Below are positions 22,538-30,064 of a DNA stretch of 64,000 nt, in pieces. Each line of letters opens with the position of its first letter. Position 1 is the stretch's first letter. The stretch is from Candidatus Falkowbacteria bacterium (GTDB lineage: Bacteria; Patescibacteriota; Patescibacteriia; Patescibacteriales; UBA12465): assembly GCA_016432645.1 (NCBI GenBank), contig CP066698.1, positions 645,062-709,061 on the forward strand. The letters run 5' to 3'. Below the pieces are notes generated by a model. It worked only from the letters and a program-made list of their open reading frames with translations. It did no database searches and had not been told where the DNA came from. The translations under genes and the position numbers were made by a program.

Positions 22538-23032
22538 TTATTTTTTCTTGAACATCGCGTAAGCTTGTTTAATTAATTTTACGCTATCAACCCCATTATA
22601 AAACTTGATCTTTCTTATATCTTTAATATTAATCCACTCCGCTTCTGACATATAGATTTTTTCATGCACATCGCAATTGGCCATAGAAATCCGGCCGCGC
22701 GGATTTTTACAAATATAATATATTAATATTCCCTGCAAACTTTTACGGCTCTCAATGCTGATAAAAAAACTGTCGGCCACGGTAACCAGTTTGTCAGGCA
22801 TAATCCGCAAACCGGTCTCCTCCCAAAATTCTCTTTTTAAAGCCTCGGCGATTAGCTCGCCTTTTTTAAGGCCGCCGCCGGGAAAATCATAACCATCCCA
22901 TTGCTTACTCAAAAGAATTTTATCGCCTTTAAACAGCAGTCCATAAACTGAGGGACGAAAAATCAATTCTTCTGCCTTAATTTTAAATTTTTTCTTGTTG
23001 ATATCTTCGCAGATAACTGTTTTGGATTTCAT
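22538..23032 (-). CDS. NUDIX hydrolase
   Basis: Nudix box GGGLKKGELIAEALKREFWEETGL. Confidence 0.88.
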   Translation of the reverse strand: MKSKTVICEDINKKKFKIKAEELIFRPSVYGLLFKGDKILLSKQWDGYDFPGGGLKKGELIAEALKREFWEETGLRIMPDKLVTVADSFFISIESRKSLQGILIYYICKNPRGRISMANCDVHEKIYMSEAEWINIKDIRKIKFYNGVDSVKLIKQAYAMFKKK

Positions 23033-23050
23033 ATATTGTTATTATAACAT

Positions 23051-23082
23051 AAAAAGCCCCTGTATATTCACAAGGGCTTTTT
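23051..23082. terminator. hairpin with A5/T5 flanks between the fusion gene and the NUDIX gene (terminator or attenuator)
   Basis: aaaaa-gcccctgt-atattc-acaagggc-ttttt with one C/A mismatch. A TATAAT-like ttataat follows on the minus strand. Confidence 0.55.
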
Positions 23083-23103
23083 AAAAGAACATTTAATGTT
23101 AGC

Positions 23104-24597
23104 TTATTCTTCCATCGCGGCTTTCAAATCGGCCCAATCTCTTTTGGGATCGGTACTCAAATGTTTAGCGGCAACTAATTCCGCAACCAAAGGATCTTCC
23201 TGTTCATACTGGTCAGAAGGCACGGAAATGCCGGAAATTATCGGCAACCCACGCCATTCTTCAGTGTATTTTTTGGAACGATTAGCAACACAAGCAATGC
23301 CGACAACAACGGCATCAACTGCATTAATGGCATCAATTGCTTTTTGGGTAGTGGCAAAATTATTGCACAGGTCCTCAAAAAGGATGACATACGAACCAAT
23401 TTCAACAGCTCCCGCATTACGGCGCATAACCAAATTCGATTGCTCTTTAGAGGTCGCGGTTTTAACGGCCGTTACCTCTTTTTCCAAACGTAATCCTGGA
23501 ATGTTAAGTAAACGCCCGACTTCTTGGGCGATTTTACTTCCACCCTCTGGAACGCCGATGAGATAATCAACCTTGTGCCCCCAGGTTTCTTCAAAAGCCA
23601 GGATTTTTTCGGCCATCAATTTGGCAAAATATTCAAGACGCTGAGGAGAGTCCTCAATTACGGCCAAATTAAAGTAAACATCGCCCACGAAATTCTTTTT
23701 ACCTGTCGGTGAATCATATTGACCGCTATAAGTAACCAGCGGCCCCATAAATTTTCCGTCAGGAGTTTTACGTGATTGGTAATGCCCCTCAAGATTTACC
23801 AGAGTTTCTAAAGGCTGACCTTTAATAAGACTCAAGGCGTCGGAGCGCAGGGCTTCAGCAATCGAAAGCTTGCGACTTTCAGAGGCAGAGATGCCTTTTT
23901 CAGAATTTCCCTTCATTAATTGGCCGCCAAGAACCAGATAATCAGCTCCGGCATCCAAGGTATTTTTAATGCCATCAATTCTGGCCGCTGATTGCTGACC
24001 AGCATCCATCCAGGAATCCCGAATCGCCGGGGTAATAAATTCAATGCAATCCGGTAAATTCTTTTTCAGAAGCGGCAGTTCCGCCGGTGAACAAACAACG
24101 GCATTAAAAAAATCCTCCTTAGGTAACAGGTTGGTAGCATCATTTAAAATCGCCATTCCCGGAAACATGCCACGACGCATCCGACATTCGTCCGGTTCAG
24201 TATCCGTCAACACGGAAACAATCGCAATTTTAACTCCCGCGGGAATCAAAGCGCGAACTTCACGGAAAGCTCGCAATGAAGAAGTGCTGACCATAGTCAG
24301 AATATCTCCTGAGCGCATGTATTTCAGGTATTTCAACAAAATATTTTTGTCGGTACCATTAGTATCCTGCAGTTTCAAATCCCAAAAAATAAAAATTTCG
24401 GGATATTCGTGAATCAAATATGGCAATATACCATCTTCACCCTTCATGCCTTCAAGATGCAAGGCATCATTGAATTTAAAATGACTGATAAAATCAGCCA
24501 TCTCGCCCGGTTCCTGCAGAGTTGCTTTAATTGTGTCCCAAACTGCTTGAGAATTTTTAAAGCCATCCAAGCCTAAAATAAACGGTTTTCTTTTCAT
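23104..24597 (-). CDS. fusion: OMP-decarboxylase-family domain (N) plus type-I phosphoribosyltransferase domain (C)
   Basis: N-terminal: FKFND, IFWDLKLQDTNGT (the DxKxxD pattern) and GADYLVLGGQLM. C-terminal: YLIGVPEGGSKIAQEVGRLLNIP and an acidic PRPP-loop start VILFEDLCNNFATT. 497 aa. Confidence 0.6.
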   Translation of the reverse strand: MKRKPFILGLDGFKNSQAVWDTIKATLQEPGEMADFISHFKFNDALHLEGMKGEDGILPYLIHEYPEIFIFWDLKLQDTNGTDKNILLKYLKYMRSGDILTMVSTSSLRAFREVRALIPAGVKIAIVSVLTDTEPDECRMRRGMFPGMAILNDATNLLPKEDFFNAVVCSPAELPLLKKNLPDCIEFITPAIRDSWMDAGQQSAARIDGIKNTLDAGADYLVLGGQLMKGNSEKGISASESRKLSIAEALRSDALSLIKGQPLETLVNLEGHYQSRKTPDGKFMGPLVTYSGQYDSPTGKKNFVGDVYFNLAVIEDSPQRLEYFAKLMAEKILAFEETWGHKVDYLIGVPEGGSKIAQEVGRLLNIPGLRLEKEVTAVKTATSKEQSNLVMRRNAGAVEIGSYVILFEDLCNNFATTQKAIDAINAVDAVVVGIACVANRSKKYTEEWRGLPIISGISVPSDQYEQEDPLVAELVAAKHLSTDPKRDWADLKAAMEE

Positions 24598-24621
24598 TTT
24601 CTTGATTTTTTTTGATTAATA

Positions 24622-25380
24622 CTAAATATGCAAGAATTGTTCTTGATCAAACAATTTTATTCTTATGTCTCCTCTTAACAATGAAATATAAGCATTCGCC
24701 TTAAAAAGAGGGTAAGGAAATTCAACCTCTGTTTGTATTAACTCTAAAATAGCCTTTTTATCAGCAATAGAACTAAATAACTGCTTCGCCAAGTCTTCAA
24801 GCTTAAGCTTGCGTTCCTCGTCGTTAAGATTAAATTCCGTAAAAACATTTTGGACACATTCATTAAGCTTGAATGTCCGCCGTTTCGGCTTCGCCTTTTG
24901 CCAGAGAATTAATTTATGCAATGTTGCCGCATCAAAATAATCACCCATCTCCAACTTTAAATTAAAGGGGATGATCACTTCTCTGCCTAAAGCTTCCAGC
25001 GTTAAGCTGACGCGGAAATCATGGCTCAGTACCTTCTTTTTGCCCCAGTCAGTCGGGAAATAAATTGTCTTATAATTAAATTTCCCCCACAACGGTTTTT
25101 TATAATACTCAAATTTACCGTTGGGATAATAAATTATAACCGCCATCCGATTATCATCAATCGAAAAACTGGTAATTTTGTTATGGACAACAAAAATGAT
25201 GCCGCCTAAAACAACAAGAATCAGCCAAGCAGGCCATAGTGAAGCAAGGATCTTCGGAGAAAACCCCGAAACAAAAATGATGACCACAATATAAGAAAGG
25301 ACGCATAAAACAGCGGCCATCTCTAATATTTGCATAACTTCATTAGCAAGGAATAAAAAGATTTTTTTCATTTTTATCAT
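24622..25380 (-). CDS. 2-TM membrane protein, paralogue C
   Basis: YYKKPLWGKFNYKTIYFPTDWG and LKLEMGDYFDAATLHKLI. A 24-nt gap with no hairpin separates it from the fusion gene downstream. Confidence 0.7.
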   Translation of the reverse strand: MIKMKKIFLFLANEVMQILEMAAVLCVLSYIVVIIFVSGFSPKILASLWPAWLILVVLGGIIFVVHNKITSFSIDDNRMAVIIYYPNGKFEYYKKPLWGKFNYKTIYFPTDWGKKKVLSHDFRVSLTLEALGREVIIPFNLKLEMGDYFDAATLHKLILWQKAKPKRRTFKLNECVQNVFTEFNLNDEERKLKLEDLAKQLFSSIADKKAILELIQTEVEFPYPLFKANAYISLLRGDIRIKLFDQEQFLHI

Positions 25381-25490
25381 TTTAAAGGATTAAATAATTA
25401 GATTAATTATTGAGATAAGCTCATCTCCAAGATTAACTCAATAATTAACCTAATCTTTCCTTATTTTTTAAAGACCAAAATCAACATTTT

Positions 25491-25519
25491 AGATTAACAC
25501 ATAAGCTAATATAGGTCAA
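25491..25519 (-). promoter_or_regulatory. promoter of paralogue C (TTGACC-N17-TAATCT)
   Basis: Minus strand ttgacc-tatattagcttatgtgt-taatct, then the shared aaaatgtt and ctttaa.aaataaggaa leader blocks. Confidence 0.6.
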
Positions 25520-25537
25520 ATTGGCATATATTATAAT

Positions 25538-25570
25538 AAAAAAGACGCTACTTCGCAGAACGCCTTTTTT
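25538..25570. terminator. hairpin terminator after 25589..26062
   Basis: A6, then a gacgc..gcgtt-type hairpin with G-U pairs, then T6. Confidence 0.45.
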
Positions 25571-25588
25571 CTAAATTAATATTGATTA

Positions 25589-26062
25589 TTAAGAATATTT
25601 TTTAACTACCGTCCTCATTCCGGTCAAACCTCCGTGTAGAGTGTCCCCGGTTATTAAAACGCAAGTTAATTGCACGACAATGATATTAAACAATAAAATA
25701 TCAAAAGGAAACCAGACATAAAAAAGCATGGACGAAAAACTGATAGTATAAAGAAGATTATAGGCGCAATAACGTAAAAAAGAAACATTATCATGCCAAT
25801 AAGAACCAACCACCAACATGCCTAAATCTCTTTTTTCTTTGAAGAACCCAAAAAAAGTTTCGTAAGCAAAGAAGGTGGCCAGTACTGATAATTTGAAGCG
25901 TAAATCAAAACCAAAAATATAAAAAGCGGGAAAGCTGATAATCGCGACTGTAGATACATTTACTAAAGAGGCTAATAACTTTTGGTGGGCGACGGTGGTG
26001 CGAAAAAATAATAAATGATATAAACGCGATAAGCTGGGAAGATTTTTAAAATAATTAGACAT
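25589..26062 (-). CDS. hypothetical polytopic membrane protein
   Basis: 157 aa with about four hydrophobic segments. Confidence 0.55.
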   Translation of the reverse strand: MSNYFKNLPSLSRLYHLLFFRTTVAHQKLLASLVNVSTVAIISFPAFYIFGFDLRFKLSVLATFFAYETFFGFFKEKRDLGMLVVGSYWHDNVSFLRYCAYNLLYTISFSSMLFYVWFPFDILLFNIIVVQLTCVLITGDTLHGGLTGMRTVVKKYS

Positions 26063-26076
26063 ATATTTTACTGCCT

Positions 26077-26460
26077 CTAGTTTATCGCAGTTAACTTGCT
26101 AATGACAGTCTTAAGCTCATTATCAAACTGGCTAATCTCGGGATTTTTTAAAGCCGCTTGATAGCGCTGAGAAAATTCACTGTTATCATTGACCTCTAAA
26201 AGATTTTTTAAATTAGTTATTAAATCAGCAATCTTTTCAGCGGAGATATTTTCCGCTTCCGATTCTTCATCAAGTAAGGCAATGATTTCCAATAAACCTG
26301 ATAACCATTTAAAATCTTCGTGGCTGATAACCAAATTAAAATAAGCGCTATTGTCTAAAATCGGACCATACTCCGCTTCATAACGCGTCCGCTCTAAATC
26401 CAATAAGGCTTTATGGAGTTTTAATAATAAATTAACTAGTGCTTGGATTTTGGTTTTCAT
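26077..26460 (-). CDS. hypothetical helical protein
   Basis: 127 aa, 14 nt upstream of the membrane protein gene. Confidence 0.5.
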   Translation of the reverse strand: MKTKIQALVNLLLKLHKALLDLERTRYEAEYGPILDNSAYFNLVISHEDFKWLSGLLEIIALLDEESEAENISAEKIADLITNLKNLLEVNDNSEFSQRYQAALKNPEISQFDNELKTVISKLTAIN

Positions 26461-26568
26461 ACGATAAATATGATTTTAATATATATTAAGTATATCATCC
26501 TAAAAAACAATTTGACAAAATTATGACTCCACTTCTATAATAAGGCCAGTTCTTAAAAACCTTAAGTT

Positions 26569-26856
26569 ATGAAACAGAAATTAATTTTGAATGTTGGAGA
26601 AAATGCCGCCGTCTCCGTAACTCACATTATGCAAAAAACTTGCGGCCTAGTGGTTGTCGGAGCAGTCACTGAAAATGAAATCCATAAAGGAGATTTAGTC
26701 AGCATCCCGGCTAAAGGCAAAGAGCCCCTAATTGATGAGATTGTCAGAATTGAATTTTTTGGTGACGAAATCAAACAGGCGGCTCTCGGCTTAGAAGTTG
26801 GCATTTGCTTAAAAACTACTTCTAAAGAGACCTTATTGGAGCATTTGGGAATCTAA
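26569..26856 (+). CDS. stand-alone translation-factor domain-2-like beta-barrel protein
   Basis: GLVVVGAVTENEIHKGDLVSIP...IDEIVRIEFFGDEIKQAALGLEVGICL resembles EF-Tu/IF2 domain II (G.VV.G.V..G.I..GD.V.I....I..IE.....A..G..VG..L). 95 aa. Confidence 0.45.
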   Translation: MKQKLILNVGENAAVSVTHIMQKTCGLVVVGAVTENEIHKGDLVSIPAKGKEPLIDEIVRIEFFGDEIKQAALGLEVGICLKTTSKETLLEHLGI

Positions 26857-26876
26857 CAAAGGCTATTTTTCAAAAG

Positions 26877-26904
26877 AGCATCGCTTCTCAGCGATGCTTT
26901 TTTA
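26877..26904 (+). terminator. terminator of 26569..26856
   Basis: agcatcgc-ttctca-gcgatgct followed by tttttt. Confidence 0.75.
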
Positions 26905-26946
26905 TTTGAATTAACAGTTTTCCTCTTTCTTGACGGTCTTTTTGGT

Positions 26947-26975
26947 AAAAAAAAGGCCTTGTCAACACAAGGCCT
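26947..26975 (-). terminator. terminator of the 27793..27114 unit
   Basis: Minus strand aggccttg-tgttga-caaggcct followed by tttttttt. Confidence 0.75.
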
Positions 26976-27113
26976 CACCCGGAATTTCTGTAAAATGTTT
27001 TTGCTACTTATAGTAGCTCTGCACGACTTCTTCGCATGATTTTGTTTTTTTTGGTTTATCACTGTTAGAACTGTTAACACTATAGCACGAATTGAAATGT
27101 TTGTCAATAGTGG

Positions 27114-27413
27114 TTATCCCCAACTAAGTAACGAAGGACCAGCCGTCATTTCGTACAAAACGAACTCCGCCTGAACATTCTTTTCATAAGCCGTTAGCCC
27201 AGTAATCTGGGCAAATAACATCATGAACTGATCAGCCCCGCTTTTATTGGCATTATAACCAGAGACAATCGTTTTATTGTCATTAGTGCCCTCAAATTTT
27301 AAGGTATTGCCAAGGCCGCGACTGACAGACATCAGCATCAAGCTGCCGGAAAAGTAAATGGTAACCAAGTCCCCAGCTTGGACATTGGTTCTTTCGCCTG
27401 TTTTTAGGTGCAT
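27114..27413 (-). CDS. hypothetical protein, 99 aa
   Basis: ORF 20 nt downstream of the membrane protein gene. No motif recognised. Confidence 0.5.
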   Translation of the reverse strand: MHLKTGERTNVQAGDLVTIYFSGSLMLMSVSRGLGNTLKFEGTNDNKTIVSGYNANKSGADQFMMLFAQITGLTAYEKNVQAEFVLYEMTAGPSLLSWG

Positions 27414-27433
27414 GTTAAATTCTCCTTTATTCT

Positions 27434-27793
27434 TTAATTAAAATTTACTAGTCTTTGTTTGGTGCCGCGCCAGTAAAAAATTACGGAGCACAGATAGTTT
27501 AGGATAAAAACAATTATCAACAGCCCGAACATTTTCGGGTGGCTAAATAATTTCATACTGGAGTTAAGAGCAAACGCTATAAATACCGCGAAAAATAATT
27601 CCCCGATAAAAGCGGCTCCTAAGACATGGTACTTAGTAATTCCGTAGCGCTGCTTATCCCGCGGACTGTTAAAGCCATATGCGTAAGCGAATAAACTTGG
27701 GAGAATGATTGGAATGATGCTAGCGGCAACAAATAAAAGCGATAAGAGGGTTATCATCAAAATAAAGATTCTTGGATCACGTGGTGTTTTCAT
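27434..27793 (-). CDS. hypothetical membrane protein, 119 aa
   Basis: Three to four hydrophobic helices. A minus-strand TTGACA lies at 27877-27882. Confidence 0.55.
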   Translation of the reverse strand: MKTPRDPRIFILMITLLSLLFVAASIIPIILPSLFAYAYGFNSPRDKQRYGITKYHVLGAAFIGELFFAVFIAFALNSSMKLFSHPKMFGLLIIVFILNYLCSVIFYWRGTKQRLVNFN

Positions 27794-27944
27794 TTCGTAT
27801 GATTTTAAGTTTGTATTATTGATTTATTAATGTTCGATTTATTTAATAGCTTAAATTATCATTTTTAAGGTGATTTTGTCAAGAAATTACCTAAAACAAA
27901 AACACCAGATTTAAAACCGGTGTTTTGTTATTGGTAATTTATAG

Positions 27945-29459
27945 TTAATTCCTTTTTGTCTTCTTTTTCTCTAACGATTCTAAATATTCAACCGCCCAAG
28001 CAGCCAAGGGCATATCCCCGGGAAGATAATGGACATTGGCATAATTTGGCCCCTGCTGTGTTATTTGCCCCTCATAGTCGTATTCATATTTACCAAAGAA
28101 TAAATATTCTTGCGCTTTATGAGGAGAAGCTTGCTCGGACTTCTTTAAAGGTTCGGCCGTATTATAATCGACGCGCATGCGAGAAGCGATAATATAAGAT
28201 TTAAAAAAGTAAGGGATTGTGCTCTGATTGTCTAGTTTTTTTAATGTCTGGTTATAGGCCGCTTGAAAACTTTTATCTTTAGCCAAAGCATCATCATATT
28301 TACTTTTTAATTTTTCTACCTTTCTTATCTGCAGAAGATACTGGTTAAAATCACCCTGGCCATTGTTTTGAAAAATTTCGGCTAAATTTTTAAGCGCTTC
28401 CGGTGCCAGCTTTTTACTTTCTGCTTGTCCAAACTCCGACAAATCATTATATTTCTTAGGCTTATCTGGAGCTGCCGGTTTCACCTTTCCCTGAAGAGTT
28501 TTAAATTCGGTGTCCAGCGGCCAGAATCCCTCCATTTCACGCTTGCCAAAAATTGCTTGGTTGATGGAAAACAAAGATGGTCCGTTATCTTTAAAATAAT
28601 CAATTAAAAAAGCGGGTTTATCATTTTGGTTTTTACTATTATCAGCTAGGCCGAGAGCATAATCATTTATCCGGTATATTATATGCGAGAGATGGTGATA
28701 TAAATCATCGGCTTCATCACGAAGAGCCCTCTTCACCGATGGTTTAAGATGCTCAGTCTTCTCTAAGATATTAATGGCTTCTAAGAGGCGACGATGTAAG
28801 CCGGAAGTATATTCGTGCCAATCCTTTTTACCGAACGACTCCAAAATAGAAGATTCTTGGGCAATCAGGAGTTGGAGATTTTCCTGGCCACTAACTCTAA
28901 TATCCCGAGAATCAGAATCAGCATACTCCCCAAAAAGCTTTTCGGTCTCAAATTTAGCAACGTTGTTAACTAACCCAGTAAATTTTTCTTTATCAAAGCC
29001 GGCTAGATTTTTCTGGGATTGAAAAATTTTGGCTAAATTATTAAAAACGAAAGCGGCGGCAGCGGCTGATTTGTCGTCCAGATGGCCTAGCTGGCCATTA
29101 TAAAAAGAATTTTCCATCAAATGACAGCCGAGATTAATAATTTTTTGATCCTGTTCATTTAAAACCCGCGGTTGGCGTTCATCCTGGTCGGCAAAATTCT
29201 TTTCCGCACGCTCATCAGAACGGTATTGATATAAAACATTGCCTAAACGAACAGCTTCCTTGCCGTCGTCTGGCTGGCCATTATTTAAAAACTCAAAAAA
29301 CTTCTGGAGCGTTTTTGGACCAATCTGCTTTTTAAATTCCGGGCTCGCCTCTTCTAAAAGCATATTAGGTTCCATAGCAATCAGCTTGCGTTCATCCTTA
29401 TCATCTATGCCGGCATCCTGAGCGGCCTGGCTGAACATTTTGTATTCGTTAAATCCCAT
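27945..29459 (-). CDS. hypothetical soluble protein, 504 aa
   Basis: Long ORF with no recognisable motif. It is last in the 31135..27945 unit, and a hairpin plus T-run lies at about 27905-27935. Confidence 0.6.
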   Translation of the reverse strand: MGFNEYKMFSQAAQDAGIDDKDERKLIAMEPNMLLEEASPEFKKQIGPKTLQKFFEFLNNGQPDDGKEAVRLGNVLYQYRSDERAEKNFADQDERQPRVLNEQDQKIINLGCHLMENSFYNGQLGHLDDKSAAAAAFVFNNLAKIFQSQKNLAGFDKEKFTGLVNNVAKFETEKLFGEYADSDSRDIRVSGQENLQLLIAQESSILESFGKKDWHEYTSGLHRRLLEAINILEKTEHLKPSVKRALRDEADDLYHHLSHIIYRINDYALGLADNSKNQNDKPAFLIDYFKDNGPSLFSINQAIFGKREMEGFWPLDTEFKTLQGKVKPAAPDKPKKYNDLSEFGQAESKKLAPEALKNLAEIFQNNGQGDFNQYLLQIRKVEKLKSKYDDALAKDKSFQAAYNQTLKKLDNQSTIPYFFKSYIIASRMRVDYNTAEPLKKSEQASPHKAQEYLFFGKYEYDYEGQITQQGPNYANVHYLPGDMPLAAWAVEYLESLEKKKTKRN

Positions 29460-29487
29460 ATTAAAGGTGATTATTTCGTTACCCTTC

Positions 29488-30057
29488 TTAATTTCTCTTG
29501 GCCTCCTTAATTAATCTCTTAAAAACGAGATAATTATCCTCAGTTTCTTGTTTGCAAATATCTAGCGAAATTATATTATGTTTCTCATCAACTTTATTTT
29601 CTAGCTGCGTCAGCGCGTCATTAAAATTAGCAAACCGATTCCCAAAAATTAAGGCGCCATGGAAAAAGCCTTCCGGACTTAAAAAGCGGTAGCAATCAGA
29701 ATTAGCGCAAATCTCGGCTTCTAAACAAGAATAATTTTCTACTCCGTGATGTGATTCTATACAACTAATAATTTTGGTTAAAACTTCCGACTCTAAATTA
29801 AATTGTTTTAAAAATTCTTGAGCAACCATGGAGCTATCTTGAACGTGCTCGGCTAATCGTCCCTCTTTAATACACTGGCCAATCTTTAAATCCATAAGCA
29901 TCGTGCCGAGCAAAACAATATCTTTATCAGCGTTTAATTGCTCCGCTAATTGCTGTCCTTTCTCGTTAGCTAAAATAAAGTGTTCCATTTTAGGAACGCC
30001 GTATTGGTTAATTTCCGCGATTGCTAGCTCTCTAGCTTGGTCTATTATTTGTTGCAT
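29488..30057 (-). CDS. HD-superfamily-like phosphohydrolase (variant first motif)
   Basis: EH..(26 aa)..LMDLKIG stands where H..HD is expected, followed by ESHHG and NSDCYRFL. 189 aa. Confidence 0.45.
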   Translation of the reverse strand: MQQIIDQARELAIAEINQYGVPKMEHFILANEKGQQLAEQLNADKDIVLLGTMLMDLKIGQCIKEGRLAEHVQDSSMVAQEFLKQFNLESEVLTKIISCIESHHGVENYSCLEAEICANSDCYRFLSPEGFFHGALIFGNRFANFNDALTQLENKVDEKHNIISLDICKQETEDNYLVFKRLIKEAKRN

Positions 30058-30064
30058 ATGATAA

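Noticed and set aside
26853-27107. An 84-aa minus-strand ORF in the 257-nt gap between 26569..26856 and 27114..27413.
   Set aside because: It spans two opposite-facing intrinsic terminators (26877-26904 and 26947-26975). Its product is a basic low-complexity string, so it is most likely non-coding.
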